A stretch of DNA of 64,000 nt from an uncultured Pseudomonadales bacterium (GCA_964406075.1 CAYOQI010000001.1:133015-197014); one strand, 5' to 3'. Positions 44,229 through 53,688 are shown, counted from the first letter of the stretch. Notes: generated from the letters alone by a model not told the origin. Numbers and translations are program-made.

Positions 44229-44828
44229 TTAAGTTAGTTGTGCTTTTCGATCAATGAGCTCTTCTTCATCACCAATGATCATGACACGGGAACCCGACAG
44301 AATTTCGATTAAAAATGGATCTCTTCGTTGCTTTCGAAATTCAAATTCTTGATCTGAAAGAATAGTGAAATTGATTTCACGTCCTCTCTTCCGCTCTTCT
44401 TCTTTCACCAGTTCGGCGACTTCTGCTTGAACCGCATCCCCAACAATTAAAATATCGACATCGTCATGTGCTCGGGCTAAATGCTTGGCAAATTTTCCAC
44501 TGAAAACAACATACTTCAGTTTACCCAACTTTGCTTTATATTTGTTAAATTTACGTCCTATTCCGACACTTTTAGCGACCATGCACAATAGTTCTTGATA
44601 GTAGTAATACTGACTGTTGAGAGAGTAATACAAACGGTTGCCTCGTTGCTCTTTGCGGATAATTCCATTATCGATCATTCGATCAAGTTCTCGACGCACA
44701 GCATTGATTTCTTCCTCAACTTCTCGAGTAATTTCACGCACATAGTACATCTCAGATGGATGAGCAAAAAACAGCTCAATAAGCTGTACTCGCACTCTCG
44801 ACATCATGAAATCTTTGAGACTGGACAT
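44229..44828 (-). CDS. Winged-helix transcriptional regulator fused to a nucleotidyltransferase-like domain
   Basis: N-terminal MSRVRVQLIELFF...YYVREITREVEEEINAVRRELDRMIDNGII is wHTH-like (ArsR-like). The C-terminus has DVDILIVGD. Confidence 0.55.
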   Translation of the reverse strand: MSSLKDFMMSRVRVQLIELFFAHPSEMYYVREITREVEEEINAVRRELDRMIDNGIIRKEQRGNRLYYSLNSQYYYYQELLCMVAKSVGIGRKFNKYKAKLGKLKYVVFSGKFAKHLARAHDDVDILIVGDAVQAEVAELVKEEERKRGREINFTILSDQEFEFRKQRRDPFLIEILSGSRVMIIGDEEELIDRKAQLT

Positions 44829-44979
44829 AGGTAAAAATCAAAAAGTAAGATGAAAAAATTGAAGAGCTGAGTCTACTTTAAATACTAACTTCAATCAATC
44901 ATTAATTAGAAATATAACACAAAATGTGTTCAAAGCAAGAAAGGATTAAGGCAAAATACGGTAAGTATTATGAAAAAAA

Positions 44980-45174
44980 TTAGTTCTGAGGTCGAAGACA
45001 TTTCGGAAGCGGAGCAGTCGACCAAGCAAGGTCATTAGCCTCACTCAAATTGTCTCTTTTCTGTACTTCAGAGTTGGCTGAGAACGTTAATTTTTGTTCT
45101 TCTGAGTTAAGAATAGGAATAGCAAGTGGTGCATCAGGCCATGCAAAAACATCAGATTCTCTTTGAGTAGACAT
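44980..45174 (-). CDS. Candidate small protein (64 aa) with an internal duplicated AW..APL motif
   Basis: The ATG lies 11 nt after the DUF3048 stop. DVFAWPDAPLAIP and NDLAWSTAPLPKC form an internal repeat. No Shine-Dalgarno seen. Confidence 0.3.
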   Translation of the reverse strand: MSTQRESDVFAWPDAPLAIPILNSEEQKLTFSANSEVQKRDNLSEANDLAWSTAPLPKCLRPQN

Positions 45175-45185
45175 ACATTTTTTTA

Positions 45186-46355
45186 TTAATACGTAACTTC
45201 TGTTCCCACATTCACGACACTGATCCAAATCTTGCCACGTACGAACGAAAATGGTTGACCTTTTTTGGTAGTGAAAGCCAACGGTGATTCACGTTTGGGT
45301 TTTGACCAGTTGACCTCAACTGCTTCTCCATTTTGGAAAACAATCGCTGTACCTGTGCCAGTTGTGGTATAGAGCATGTGCTTGAGCTCATCGATCGGAC
45401 CTTTTTCTTTACTAAAGAGCACGACAGCATTGTGGACGCTCAACTGTTGATCTGTTTCTAAATCTTTATGTGCTTCACCGGCCATCACACGTTTGTACGT
45501 ATTAGTCGCACCATCGTATTCCCATTTCACACCATAGGTATCAAAGCCATCCCAGAAGGTGAAACTTGCTGATGCTACTGAACCTTTTTTAGCTTCTCCG
45601 TCTGCAAAAGTCCATGGCGTAAATCCAGTTGACCACTCAATTCCTTTTGGATCAACATTGGTGAATTTTCTTTTTTCACCGACTGCCCATAACTTCTCAG
45701 TCGAACTCACCATAGTATGTTCGGTAGCGACTTCTTTACCTTCTAATCGGTCATAATCACGGACAAAAGTTGGATATCCAATTGAGAACTGATTTAAATC
45801 ATTTGCTCCGGTCCATCCATAGTCAGATAATTGACCGAGGGCATTTGCTGGACCTGGGGTATTTGCTCCACCCACATGAACATAGAGTGGTTTATTGAAC
45901 CCTGATGCCCAGTCGATAAAATACGTTCTGGCACTACGAACTGGAGCTAAGTTCACATCTTGTTTTTGAGCATCACAATAGTACATGGCCATAAAACGAG
46001 TCACACCACCTTCAGCTAACGCTTCAAAAGTTACATCAGCCTTAATTAATCCAGATTGAGGACGAGAGTCAGGAGAATTTTCAATCATAACCGCAAGGGG
46101 ACGTCTTTTTTCCCAAGCATCCATTTCGGTTTTGGTAAACATTTGGCCATTCAGCGGACAAACCTGATCTTTTGGTTCACCTGGGTCAATCGCAAGAAGC
46201 ATTTCTTCATCGCTTCCTTCTACAACTTCTGTGTCAGTCTCGTTATTTACCGTAGAACTACCCGGAGAATCTGAACCTGACATGCTCATAACGCCATAGG
46301 TCATGGCACTAGACGCTATATATACGACAAGGGCAATTATCAAAACTTTTTTCAT
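45186..46355 (-). CDS. DUF3048 family secreted/lipoprotein (YerB-like)
   Basis: Signal peptide MKKVLIIALVVYIASSA. RPLAVMIENSPDSRPQSGLIKADVTFEALAEGGVTRFMAMY. Start moved to ATG 46355, which has an AAAGGA box. Confidence 0.75.
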   Translation of the reverse strand: MKKVLIIALVVYIASSAMTYGVMSMSGSDSPGSSTVNNETDTEVVEGSDEEMLLAIDPGEPKDQVCPLNGQMFTKTEMDAWEKRRPLAVMIENSPDSRPQSGLIKADVTFEALAEGGVTRFMAMYYCDAQKQDVNLAPVRSARTYFIDWASGFNKPLYVHVGGANTPGPANALGQLSDYGWTGANDLNQFSIGYPTFVRDYDRLEGKEVATEHTMVSSTEKLWAVGEKRKFTNVDPKGIEWSTGFTPWTFADGEAKKGSVASASFTFWDGFDTYGVKWEYDGATNTYKRVMAGEAHKDLETDQQLSVHNAVVLFSKEKGPIDELKHMLYTTTGTGTAIVFQNGEAVEVNWSKPKRESPLAFTTKKGQPFSFVRGKIWISVVNVGTEVTY

Positions 46356-46613
46356 ACGAGCAGGTCCTTTCAACGAAAATTTGTTCGACTGTGTCCTCCA
46401 AAGCTTCCAGCGAAGGAGGATTGAAGATCAGTAAAAATCCATTATACTTGCTCACAAATTAAGTAGGAAGTATTAAGTGTTAGAATATAGAAACTAGAAT
46501 GTAGAATATAGTAGTAATTCAATGAAAAGTGTTATCGCACTTAATCACAGTTGTTCAAAGAAATAATTTCTTTGACCTATATTCAATATTCCATATTCTA
46601 CTTTCTATCAACT

Positions 46614-46859
46614 ATGGCACAACACCGCACCAAACAAGAAAAAATCACTGCAAGTATCCGAAGAGAACAACAATACTCTTTGCAAGATTTGGCATTGGAT
46701 GAAACACCTCTTCATCTCCAACCCAAAAGAAAAGCGCTTTCATCAGAAAATCTGATTCCCTATTCCACCAAATTTATTACGAGCGATCTGGTGAGAACAT
46801 TTCTTTCGGCTGCCTTCGTGTTTGGAGCGTTAATTGGAGTGTGGATGTATTTTAATTAA
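46614..46859 (+). CDS. Small C-terminally membrane-anchored hypothetical protein
   Basis: Starts MAQHRTKQEK and ends with the TM segment FLSAAFVFGALIGVWMYF. The track's TTG start at 46551 is judged less likely. Confidence 0.45.
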   Translation: MAQHRTKQEKITASIRREQQYSLQDLALDETPLHLQPKRKALSSENLIPYSTKFITSDLVRTFLSAAFVFGALIGVWMYFN

Positions 46860-46876
46860 TAGGAATAACCCCACCC

Positions 46877-46928
46877 CTCTGAACTCTCACAAAATTCGTT
46901 CAGAGTTCCTCCCCAGTAAATGGGGAGG
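46877..46928. terminator. Two hairpins between convergent genes
   Basis: CTCTGAAC-13nt-GTTCAGAG (46877-46905) and CCTCCCCAgtaaaTGGGGAGG (46908-46928). No clear U-run on either strand. Confidence 0.4.
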
Positions 46929-46931
46929 TAA

Positions 46932-47504
46932 TTATTGGGTTAACTTTTTCAAAAAATCTTTTGCTTTTTCCATCGCCCGACTACGGTGACTGATAGTATT
47001 TTTCACTTCATTTCCTAATTCTGCAAAGGTCTGTGTATATCCTTCTGGGATAAAAATCGGATCATACCCGAAACCTTTTGATCCCTTGGGTTCTCCAATC
47101 ATTCCTGCAATATCTCCAGTAAAACACTCATCAATTCCATTCCCATAGACGCAGATGACACAAACAAATTTTGCCTTCCGATTGGAGATATTTTTTAGTT
47201 CAGCGAGAAGTTTTTGAATTCTGTCAGCATCATTTTCACCATATCGTTTTGAGTACACACCAGGTCGACCATCTAGTGCATCAACAACTAAACCAGAATC
47301 ATCGGCTATCGCTACCATACCTTGAAATTTTTCAGCCACCGCTTTGGCCTTGATTCGAGCATTTTCCTCAAACGTCGTGCCTGTCTCTTCAATATCTTCC
47401 ATTTCTCCCGGAAGAATCAATTCACCTTCGATATCTTTAAGTAAAGCTTGAAATTCACGTATTTTCCCAGGGTTTTGAGTAGCAATCACGAAACGTTCTG
47501 GCAT
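46932..47504 (-). CDS. rdgB: dITP/XTP pyrophosphatase (RdgB/HAM1 family)
   Basis: FVIATQNPGKIREF, DDSGLVVDALDGRPGVYS, FGYDPIFIPEG and SHRSRA. Confidence 0.9.
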   Translation of the reverse strand: MPERFVIATQNPGKIREFQALLKDIEGELILPGEMEDIEETGTTFEENARIKAKAVAEKFQGMVAIADDSGLVVDALDGRPGVYSKRYGENDADRIQKLLAELKNISNRKAKFVCVICVYGNGIDECFTGDIAGMIGEPKGSKGFGYDPIFIPEGYTQTFAELGNEVKNTISHRSRAMEKAKDFLKKLTQ

Positions 47505-47661
47505 AAAATTTCCTTTTTATTCAATAACTAAAATGACTATAACCTATTATAAAGAAAAAAAAGAATCAGCTAGACGAAAAATATCTTTCTGTCACAATAA
47601 GCGATATTAAAATCAATCATATTTCATGTACTGACATTTTTATATTTTTAAGGATTTTTTT

Positions 47662-48867
47662 ATGAGTTCTTATACACCTTCTCCCGAAATTTTAGAAAAA
47701 TATGCCCAAGTTTTAGTCAACTATGCACTGAACTCTGGTGAAGGCGTCAAACCTGAAGAAGTCGTTATGTGCGGTGTACCCGACGTCGCCCTACCACTTG
47801 GCTTACACCTTCAAAACGTGATTTTGAAAGCCGGTGCATATCCAATCATTCACATCATCCCAAGTGGTTTTGATAAAGACTTTTATCGATTTGCAAATGA
47901 GAAACAACTGACTTTTTTTCCTGAAGATTATTTGAAAGCACGCGCAGAGTTAATCGATCACCAAATAAGCATTATCGCTGATGTTGATCCATCTGAACTA
48001 AGTGAGGTCGATCCTCAGAAGATTATGACCGCACGTAATTCGAAAAAAACCTATCGCGACTGGCTGAATGAGAAAGAAACTCACGGAAAATACACCTGGA
48101 CGGCCGCGTTGTGGGGAGTCGAAGCAAAAGCCGAAGAAGTGGGCTTATCAATGGATGAGTACTGGGATCAAATTATCAAAGCTTGTTTCCTTGATACTGA
48201 AGACCCTATTAAGCACTGGCGCGAGCTCGGAAAAATGCAAATCGATATTTTAAAAAATTTAAATAAAATGGAAATTGAGTACTTAGAAGTCAAAGGTCCA
48301 GATGTAGATTTGACTATCAAACTTGGGGCCGATCGAATTTGGCAAGGAGGGAGTGGTCGCAACATCCCGAGCTTTGAATTTTTTACTTCACCTGATTGGC
48401 GAGGAACAAATGGATGGATTACCTTTAACCAACCACTCTATCGCTATGGCTCAATCGTCAAAAATGTTCGACTCGAATTCAAAGATGGTCTCATTGTAAA
48501 AGCCTCAGCCGAACAAGGTGACAAGCTGGTCCAAGAAATGCTGAAAACCAAAAATGCCAATAAAATTGGGGAGTATTCCTTGACTGATAAACGTATGTCC
48601 CGTATCACTCATGTCATGGCTGAAACGTTATTTGACGAAAATATCGGTGGCCCATTTGGAAACACTCATTTAGCAATCGGAAAGTCCTACAAGGATTGTT
48701 ATCGGGGAGACGCACGGAAACTTACGCCTGAAGATTGGGAAGCTATAGGGTTCAATGATTCAGCTGAACACACCGATATTATTTCCACCACTGATCGTAC
48801 TGTCACTGCCACTTTGGTCGATGGAACTAAAAAAGTGATTTATAAAGATGGAATGTTTGTGATTTAA
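47662..48867 (+). CDS. Aminopeptidase, M29 (AmpS/PepS) family
   Basis: 401 aa. N-terminal LEKYAQVLVNYALNSGEGVKPEE, and C-terminal FDENIGGPFGNTHLAIGKSY...HTDII. Confidence 0.75.
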   Translation: MSSYTPSPEILEKYAQVLVNYALNSGEGVKPEEVVMCGVPDVALPLGLHLQNVILKAGAYPIIHIIPSGFDKDFYRFANEKQLTFFPEDYLKARAELIDHQISIIADVDPSELSEVDPQKIMTARNSKKTYRDWLNEKETHGKYTWTAALWGVEAKAEEVGLSMDEYWDQIIKACFLDTEDPIKHWRELGKMQIDILKNLNKMEIEYLEVKGPDVDLTIKLGADRIWQGGSGRNIPSFEFFTSPDWRGTNGWITFNQPLYRYGSIVKNVRLEFKDGLIVKASAEQGDKLVQEMLKTKNANKIGEYSLTDKRMSRITHVMAETLFDENIGGPFGNTHLAIGKSYKDCYRGDARKLTPEDWEAIGFNDSAEHTDIISTTDRTVTATLVDGTKKVIYKDGMFVI

Positions 48868-48869
48868 AT

Positions 48870-49157
48870 ATGACTGAAAAAATGAGATTGCCGATAATTC
48901 CAACGGTAGTCGTTAAAACCCGTCAAGGAAAAGTGATCGGAGGAGAAATTCGCGGATTATCCGAACACCCTCGTTTCTCAAATAAAATTCATAGCATCAT
49001 AGAAACATTCCATGGTTTTGAAAGTCATGGAACAATTCCAGAAAAACTCACTTCAGAATTAGAAAATAAAGGTTGGTATGAATGGAGTACGTCAACTAAA
49101 AATGAAACCACCTTTCACTACTTTAGTCGAATAAAGCCTCTACGAAGTAATACCTAA
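48870..49157 (+). CDS. Hypothetical protein (95 aa)
   Basis: The start is 3 nt after the aminopeptidase stop. No recognisable motif. Confidence 0.5.
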   Translation: MTEKMRLPIIPTVVVKTRQGKVIGGEIRGLSEHPRFSNKIHSIIETFHGFESHGTIPEKLTSELENKGWYEWSTSTKNETTFHYFSRIKPLRSNT

Positions 49158-49181
49158 CTCAACTTCTTAACTTTTTTATTG

Positions 49182-52100
49182 CTAAATAAGCAGTGCTTGA
49201 ACTGCCACTAGTACATCTTCCATACCCTCATTTGATGAGTGTGTATCAATCACACTGTCCAAACTTGCAAGTAGGCTTTTTCTAAAACCATTATTACTTC
49301 GTGCTACAAAAATTGCTTTGCTTAAATAACTCATACGCTGAGCAGCCTCAATTTGTTTTTCAGGGGCGATTTTTTCATCTAACTCAAAACTGGTGAGTAA
49401 TTGAGTAATTTTTTCTTGATCGTACAAACCCTCATTCTCAGTTTTTTTAAAATGATCAAAAAAATCTTGATTTGTTATCAATGAAAGCACTTCAGTAACT
49501 TTTGCTAACTGGGCTGGCGTCAAATTTTCAAAAGCAGGAAAAAGACGTTCTGTGGTACGAACTTCCAATTTATGAACCTGTTCCTTCACCTTGGTTGAAA
49601 TTTCTTTCCTATTTTTCCACGTTTTCTTGGCTTTTCGTTTGGTCCAGCGTGCAACTAAAATAGAGGATAATCCTATGATTGTTGTGATGAAAAATAAGAC
49701 CAGCCTATCAAAATTCTGGGCTTTCGGATTCAAACCGTAAATGACTTCTTGGATCTCATCAATGAGAGCATGTAATTCTTCCGGGGTTGCTTGCTCTGTA
49801 GTTTCAAAAAAACTCGTCACTTCTAAAGTTGGAAAAGCTTTATCGCTTGCTAAGATTCTTAGTTGTGCATGATTCGGAGAACCACTAAATGCTTGATCAT
49901 TGTCAATATCAGCTTCTGAAAGAATAAATTGAGGACGTATCTTGTTTGTGACTGTTTCAGAGGCATTTGCAATAAAGTTCGTGATAAATGACAGACCATC
50001 ACAATCAAGTCCGACATGTTTTCCGACCAGAAAATATGTTCTTACATCATCTGGTGTAAGAAATTTATTCACGCTTGTATCGTTAGAATAACGAAATCCA
50101 AGTTCTACCATCTGCCGAAGTATTTCATTATATAGTTCACTCTCAACATTTCTTGCTCGCTCTTTGAATTCTCCCAGAGTTTCATTTGAAGCGGGTAGGT
50201 CACCTCCAGGTAACATGACCTCTTCAACTTTCTGTTGCATTTTGTTCAGATCAAATCCTTGTTCAACTAAGAAATCCCTGACAACTTGTGATGCTTCCTC
50301 TTCATACTTATCTTGATCTATACCAAACAGTTTTAGTCTCTCTAGATCTCTATTCATAGAAGTAAGTTCACCAACAGGTATAGTATTTTGTTGAGAAAAA
50401 TTAAACTTAACTGGAATGTAATCTAAATTAAACTGATTCACGATCTCTTGATCTTCGGCTTCAATATTTTCGTATCTCACATCAATCAACAACTCACTAT
50501 TTGGATGTGGAAATGACCCTATTCCTGGTATGAATAAAAACGTACTGTCATTTTCTCCGAGGACAAACTTTATTTTAGAAGAATCTCCCCAAAAAAATCT
50601 GAAAGTATGGTGTCCATAAAGATGTATATCCACATCTCTATCTGTATCAAAATCAATAGGGATAAGCACACCTGGAGATTGAAGTAAAGACATATCAACT
50701 CTTATCACCATCGAAGATTCACCATCAGGACGATCAGAAATGTTTTCAATATCAAGAACGTACTCTTCAACCACCTGGAGTTTCTCTTGAACAAACTCAA
50801 CCTGAAAAGGATTCTCCTCACTAAAATGATATGACATTGTCACGCTTGGAATTGCCCAAGGTTGTCCTTCGGGAGTTTCAACAGTAAAAACAGGCGTTTG
50901 TTCTTCATTCTTCAATTCTGCTAAGCTATTATTTTCAGGTGAGTAGGTAAAGAAATTTTCCACATACTCAATAGTTTTCACATCAATTTGACGTGATGTT
51001 GTTGCTTCCTGGTTGTGACTTTCATCAGAAACAACTTCAGTCCCATCAGGTGATGTAAGGGAATCAATAAAATTTGTTCCATGCAACTGAACAAGTGCCA
51101 CTAATCTCCCAACTGAATCTTGTATATCTCTTCCCCACTGAAACTGAGGACCTTGCTCTTCCAAAAGGCCCACGAGCAAAAGGAGAGTGGCTGCCGTCAC
51201 ACCGCCAAAAAATGGATAATTTGGACGGCGAACTACTTCCTTTCCGCGGACACTCCCTAGAAACGTTTTTTTCTTCTCATTTTTATCAAATTTTTTCTCT
51301 TCGAGAATTTCTTTTTGAACAAATTCTTTCAAAGTCTTTAAAATATGAACCCGTTCTTTTTCATCAATTTGAACTTCTTGTCCTTCATACACATCTTCAG
51401 CATATTGATTGATACCCGTAACTTTCGGTTGAACAACCAAAGTTTTTCTTAAAATACTAATAAATGTTTTAATATTTTTTTTATCATATTGCCACGTTTC
51501 TACTGAAATACCTTTTATCATTTGATCAAAAATCGGTTGAAGTGATTCTAAATAAATGAAAACTTGACCACCATCCAAGTTTACTTTTGAAAAATTGAGG
51601 AAGTACTCATTGACGAGTAACGATTTCTCTTCTGAATCAATAAAAAATATTAACTCCGGGTTTGGTTGTTGTGATATTTCAACAATCATTCTCATTATTC
51701 CTTGAAAATCTTTAACAAGACTTTGCTTTTCTCGATGTTCAGTTCGGAAGTATGCATTCCCTTTTTCTGCATTCCTTCTCATTGCATCAGCAAACGAAAG
51801 TGCAATTGTTGTCTCCGGAGAATAATTATCTTCATGTCTTGAAGAAAGTAGTCGTTGCTCTCTCTTTGAAGATCGATTTGCATAATATTGTCCTGCTTCT
51901 CCAAATACTTCCAAATCTGCAGGGAGTCGTGATTCCAAATGTGCAAGCTCAGCAATATATCGTGGATCGTCAAGTGTGCGTATACGAGAAACTTCTGAAC
52001 TTCCGGGCGCAAATACAGCTAATCTCTGAGCATATTTATATTCATATGCTAAGGTTTTGTGTGGAAAATTCTCGCCTGGGTTTGCTTTATTTGATTCATG

Positions 52101-52610
52101 TAGAAATCCCAGATACAGAGCCGAAGTGTGAACAAGTTCGGCAGGAAGTACACCTTGATAACGGCTAGCATACATGACAATTAACGTACTCCAATAAATA
52201 AGAAAATTGAAATCTGCCTCATCTAGCTTAGTCAGAAATGTCTCTCTGCTTAAATTCGTTCCCAACATTTTTATGAATACGATGAAATTGTCTTCATTCA
52301 AGAATTCCTGATTCCATAAATAATGAGCATTTTCCATCTCACCATCCACAATAGGATGTCTAACATACGGTAATCCATCATCGATCTGCGATCGCCCATG
52401 GAGCACAAAATTGTCTGGCCGAGTCACAACCCAGTTTGGCTCGTATGAATGTACAAAATCATGAAGAAACTGAATTCTCATTTCATCATCAAGAAGATCT
52501 AATTTATCTAGAAAAACTTTTCGTTGCTCTGGAGAATATTCATGAGGACGACGAGCAAAACCTTCGACAACAAGATGCACACCATCCTCAACTGTAAGAC
52601 GTTTATCCAT
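49182..52610 (-). CDS. Large orphan two-TM protein with a possible transglutaminase-like Cys-His core in the extracytoplasmic segment
   Basis: 1142 aa. TM candidates FFGGVTAATLLLLVGLL and LVLFFITTIIGLSSILVA. Candidate core GLDCDGLSFITNFIANA...KIRPQFILSE...SPNHAQLRIL, with Cys and His 44 aa apart. Confidence 0.7.
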   Translation of the reverse strand: MDKRLTVEDGVHLVVEGFARRPHEYSPEQRKVFLDKLDLLDDEMRIQFLHDFVHSYEPNWVVTRPDNFVLHGRSQIDDGLPYVRHPIVDGEMENAHYLWNQEFLNEDNFIVFIKMLGTNLSRETFLTKLDEADFNFLIYWSTLIVMYASRYQGVLPAELVHTSALYLGFLHESNKANPGENFPHKTLAYEYKYAQRLAVFAPGSSEVSRIRTLDDPRYIAELAHLESRLPADLEVFGEAGQYYANRSSKREQRLLSSRHEDNYSPETTIALSFADAMRRNAEKGNAYFRTEHREKQSLVKDFQGIMRMIVEISQQPNPELIFFIDSEEKSLLVNEYFLNFSKVNLDGGQVFIYLESLQPIFDQMIKGISVETWQYDKKNIKTFISILRKTLVVQPKVTGINQYAEDVYEGQEVQIDEKERVHILKTLKEFVQKEILEEKKFDKNEKKKTFLGSVRGKEVVRRPNYPFFGGVTAATLLLLVGLLEEQGPQFQWGRDIQDSVGRLVALVQLHGTNFIDSLTSPDGTEVVSDESHNQEATTSRQIDVKTIEYVENFFTYSPENNSLAELKNEEQTPVFTVETPEGQPWAIPSVTMSYHFSEENPFQVEFVQEKLQVVEEYVLDIENISDRPDGESSMVIRVDMSLLQSPGVLIPIDFDTDRDVDIHLYGHHTFRFFWGDSSKIKFVLGENDSTFLFIPGIGSFPHPNSELLIDVRYENIEAEDQEIVNQFNLDYIPVKFNFSQQNTIPVGELTSMNRDLERLKLFGIDQDKYEEEASQVVRDFLVEQGFDLNKMQQKVEEVMLPGGDLPASNETLGEFKERARNVESELYNEILRQMVELGFRYSNDTSVNKFLTPDDVRTYFLVGKHVGLDCDGLSFITNFIANASETVTNKIRPQFILSEADIDNDQAFSGSPNHAQLRILASDKAFPTLEVTSFFETTEQATPEELHALIDEIQEVIYGLNPKAQNFDRLVLFFITTIIGLSSILVARWTKRKAKKTWKNRKEISTKVKEQVHKLEVRTTERLFPAFENLTPAQLAKVTEVLSLITNQDFFDHFKKTENEGLYDQEKITQLLTSFELDEKIAPEKQIEAAQRMSYLSKAIFVARSNNGFRKSLLASLDSVIDTHSSNEGMEDVLVAVQALLI

Positions 52611-52718
52611 AGTATGGATCTAGTGTACGAGGCCAATAAGAAAAAGTCCAAGCTAGAAACAGTTCTGCTCAACTTCTTTAGTATTTATCATTCTCCAGGT
52701 ATAATTGGAAAATTCAAA

Positions 52719-52806
52719 GGATGAGTCGTCCCTATAACCTCATCCGACATGAACATTATTATTAATAATAGAATGTTCATGCCACCTTCTCCTAGGTAGG
52801 AGAAGG
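52719..52806 (+). other. Three consecutive perfect hairpins in the tRNA-Glu 5' leader
   Basis: GGATGAG-13nt-CTCATCC (52719-45). CATGAACATT-14nt-AATGTTCATG (52748-81), with an internal ATTATTAATAAT palindrome. CCTTCTCCTaggtAGGAGAAGG (52785-806). Confidence 0.6.
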
Positions 52807-52828
52807 ATATTTGAAAAGTAATCTATAG

Positions 52829-52901
52829 GGCCCCATCGTCTAGAGGCCTAGGACACCAGGTTCTCATCCTGGGAACCCCGATTCGAATTCGGGTGGGGTC
52901 A
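52829..52901 (+). tRNA. tRNA-Glu (anticodon CUC)
   Basis: Cloverleaf folded by hand. Acceptor GGCCCCA/TGGGGTC, D-arm GTCT..GGAC, anticodon stem CCAGG/CCTGG with loop TTCTCAT, 4-nt variable loop, T-arm CCCGA-TTCGAAT-TCGGG, discriminator A. CCA is not encoded. Confidence 0.9.
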
Positions 52902-53023
52902 CAATCAAGAAAAATTCACTTCATATACAAAGGATGAATCCAAAAAGTCTACAGAAGAGCACTTTCAATATTTTTTTATAATTCGTATGCAAATACAATT
53001 GTTCTTATTATAGGCTGATATCT

Positions 53024-53032
53024 GGTATAATG
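53024..53032 (+). promoter_or_regulatory. Extended -10 box TGgTATAAT
   Basis: Lies about 90 nt upstream of ATG 53123. Confidence 0.4.
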
Positions 53033-53122
53033 CTTACGTTTTAGTTCGTTGCGACTTTTTAACTGAGTCTGAGACAGACTAATACCTTTAACATTTGTTC
53101 GCCTAAAAAAAGGATCGTCTCG

Positions 53123-53512
53123 ATGCACTGGACAATGTGGATCATATTTCCTGCTTGGATTCTCGAGTCGTCACGTGGCATTGCGAATGCAAAAAATATT
53201 ATCTGGTTGCAAACAATTCTGAACCAGAAAGTATTTACTCATTTAGGTAATGTCGATAATGCGTGGTTTATCACGATCATCCCACTAATAGTGATCTCTA
53301 CGCTACATTTACGCAATCGCAAAATTGTGCGAATATTGATCATATTGGGTATCATCCTGAGTATTTACGCAGTTCTCGATGAAGAATTGCTCATCTTACC
53401 CCTCCTAAATCAGGGTACTCCTGATCTTTTGGACATTCCTGGTGGAGTGGTAGGTTGGATATGCGGAGTTTTGAACTGTCGGTACTGGTTACGGCGAAAG
53501 CATTTGTTATAG
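53123..53512 (+). CDS. Small membrane protein (possibly VanZ-like)
   Basis: 129 aa with 3-4 TM segments. LDEELLILPLLNQGTPDLLDIPGGVVGWICG loosely resembles the VanZ DE...D...G...G block. Confidence 0.5.
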   Translation: MHWTMWIIFPAWILESSRGIANAKNIIWLQTILNQKVFTHLGNVDNAWFITIIPLIVISTLHLRNRKIVRILIILGIILSIYAVLDEELLILPLLNQGTPDLLDIPGGVVGWICGVLNCRYWLRRKHLL

Positions 53513-53525
53513 CAACATTGAAGAA

Positions 53526-53579
53526 GCCCGCTGTAGTGTATTGACCAATAAAGTCAGTATGCTCGGCGGGTATTTTTTT
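53526..53579 (+). terminator. Terminator-like hairpin
   Basis: GCCCGC...GCGGGT followed by ATTTTTTT. Confidence 0.45.
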
Positions 53580-53679
53580 AGGAGTTTAATACTCCTTGGA
53601 TAATCTTCGTTTAAATTCGAACCAAATACTTCTTTCAAATACAATTTTTCTTTGATTTAAAAAGCTTTTTTCACCATTT

Positions 53680-53688
53680 TGTTATAAT
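53680..53688 (+). promoter_or_regulatory. Extended -10 box TGtTATAAT, 7 nt upstream of ATG 53696
   Basis: TGTTATAAT-agcctta-ATG. No Shine-Dalgarno. Confidence 0.45.

Noticed and set aside
45175-45228. Longer version of the small ORF (track 44980-45228) starting inside the DUF3048 gene.
   Set aside because: It would overlap the DUF3048 coding end by 43 nt in another frame. Only the shorter ATG-45174 version was kept, at low confidence.
52640-52660. GAAAAAGTCCAAGC resembling the RNase P RNA GGAAAGUCCGGGC core.
   Set aside because: Only about 200 nt of non-coding space is available, far less than an RNase P RNA needs. No other conserved RNase P regions are seen.
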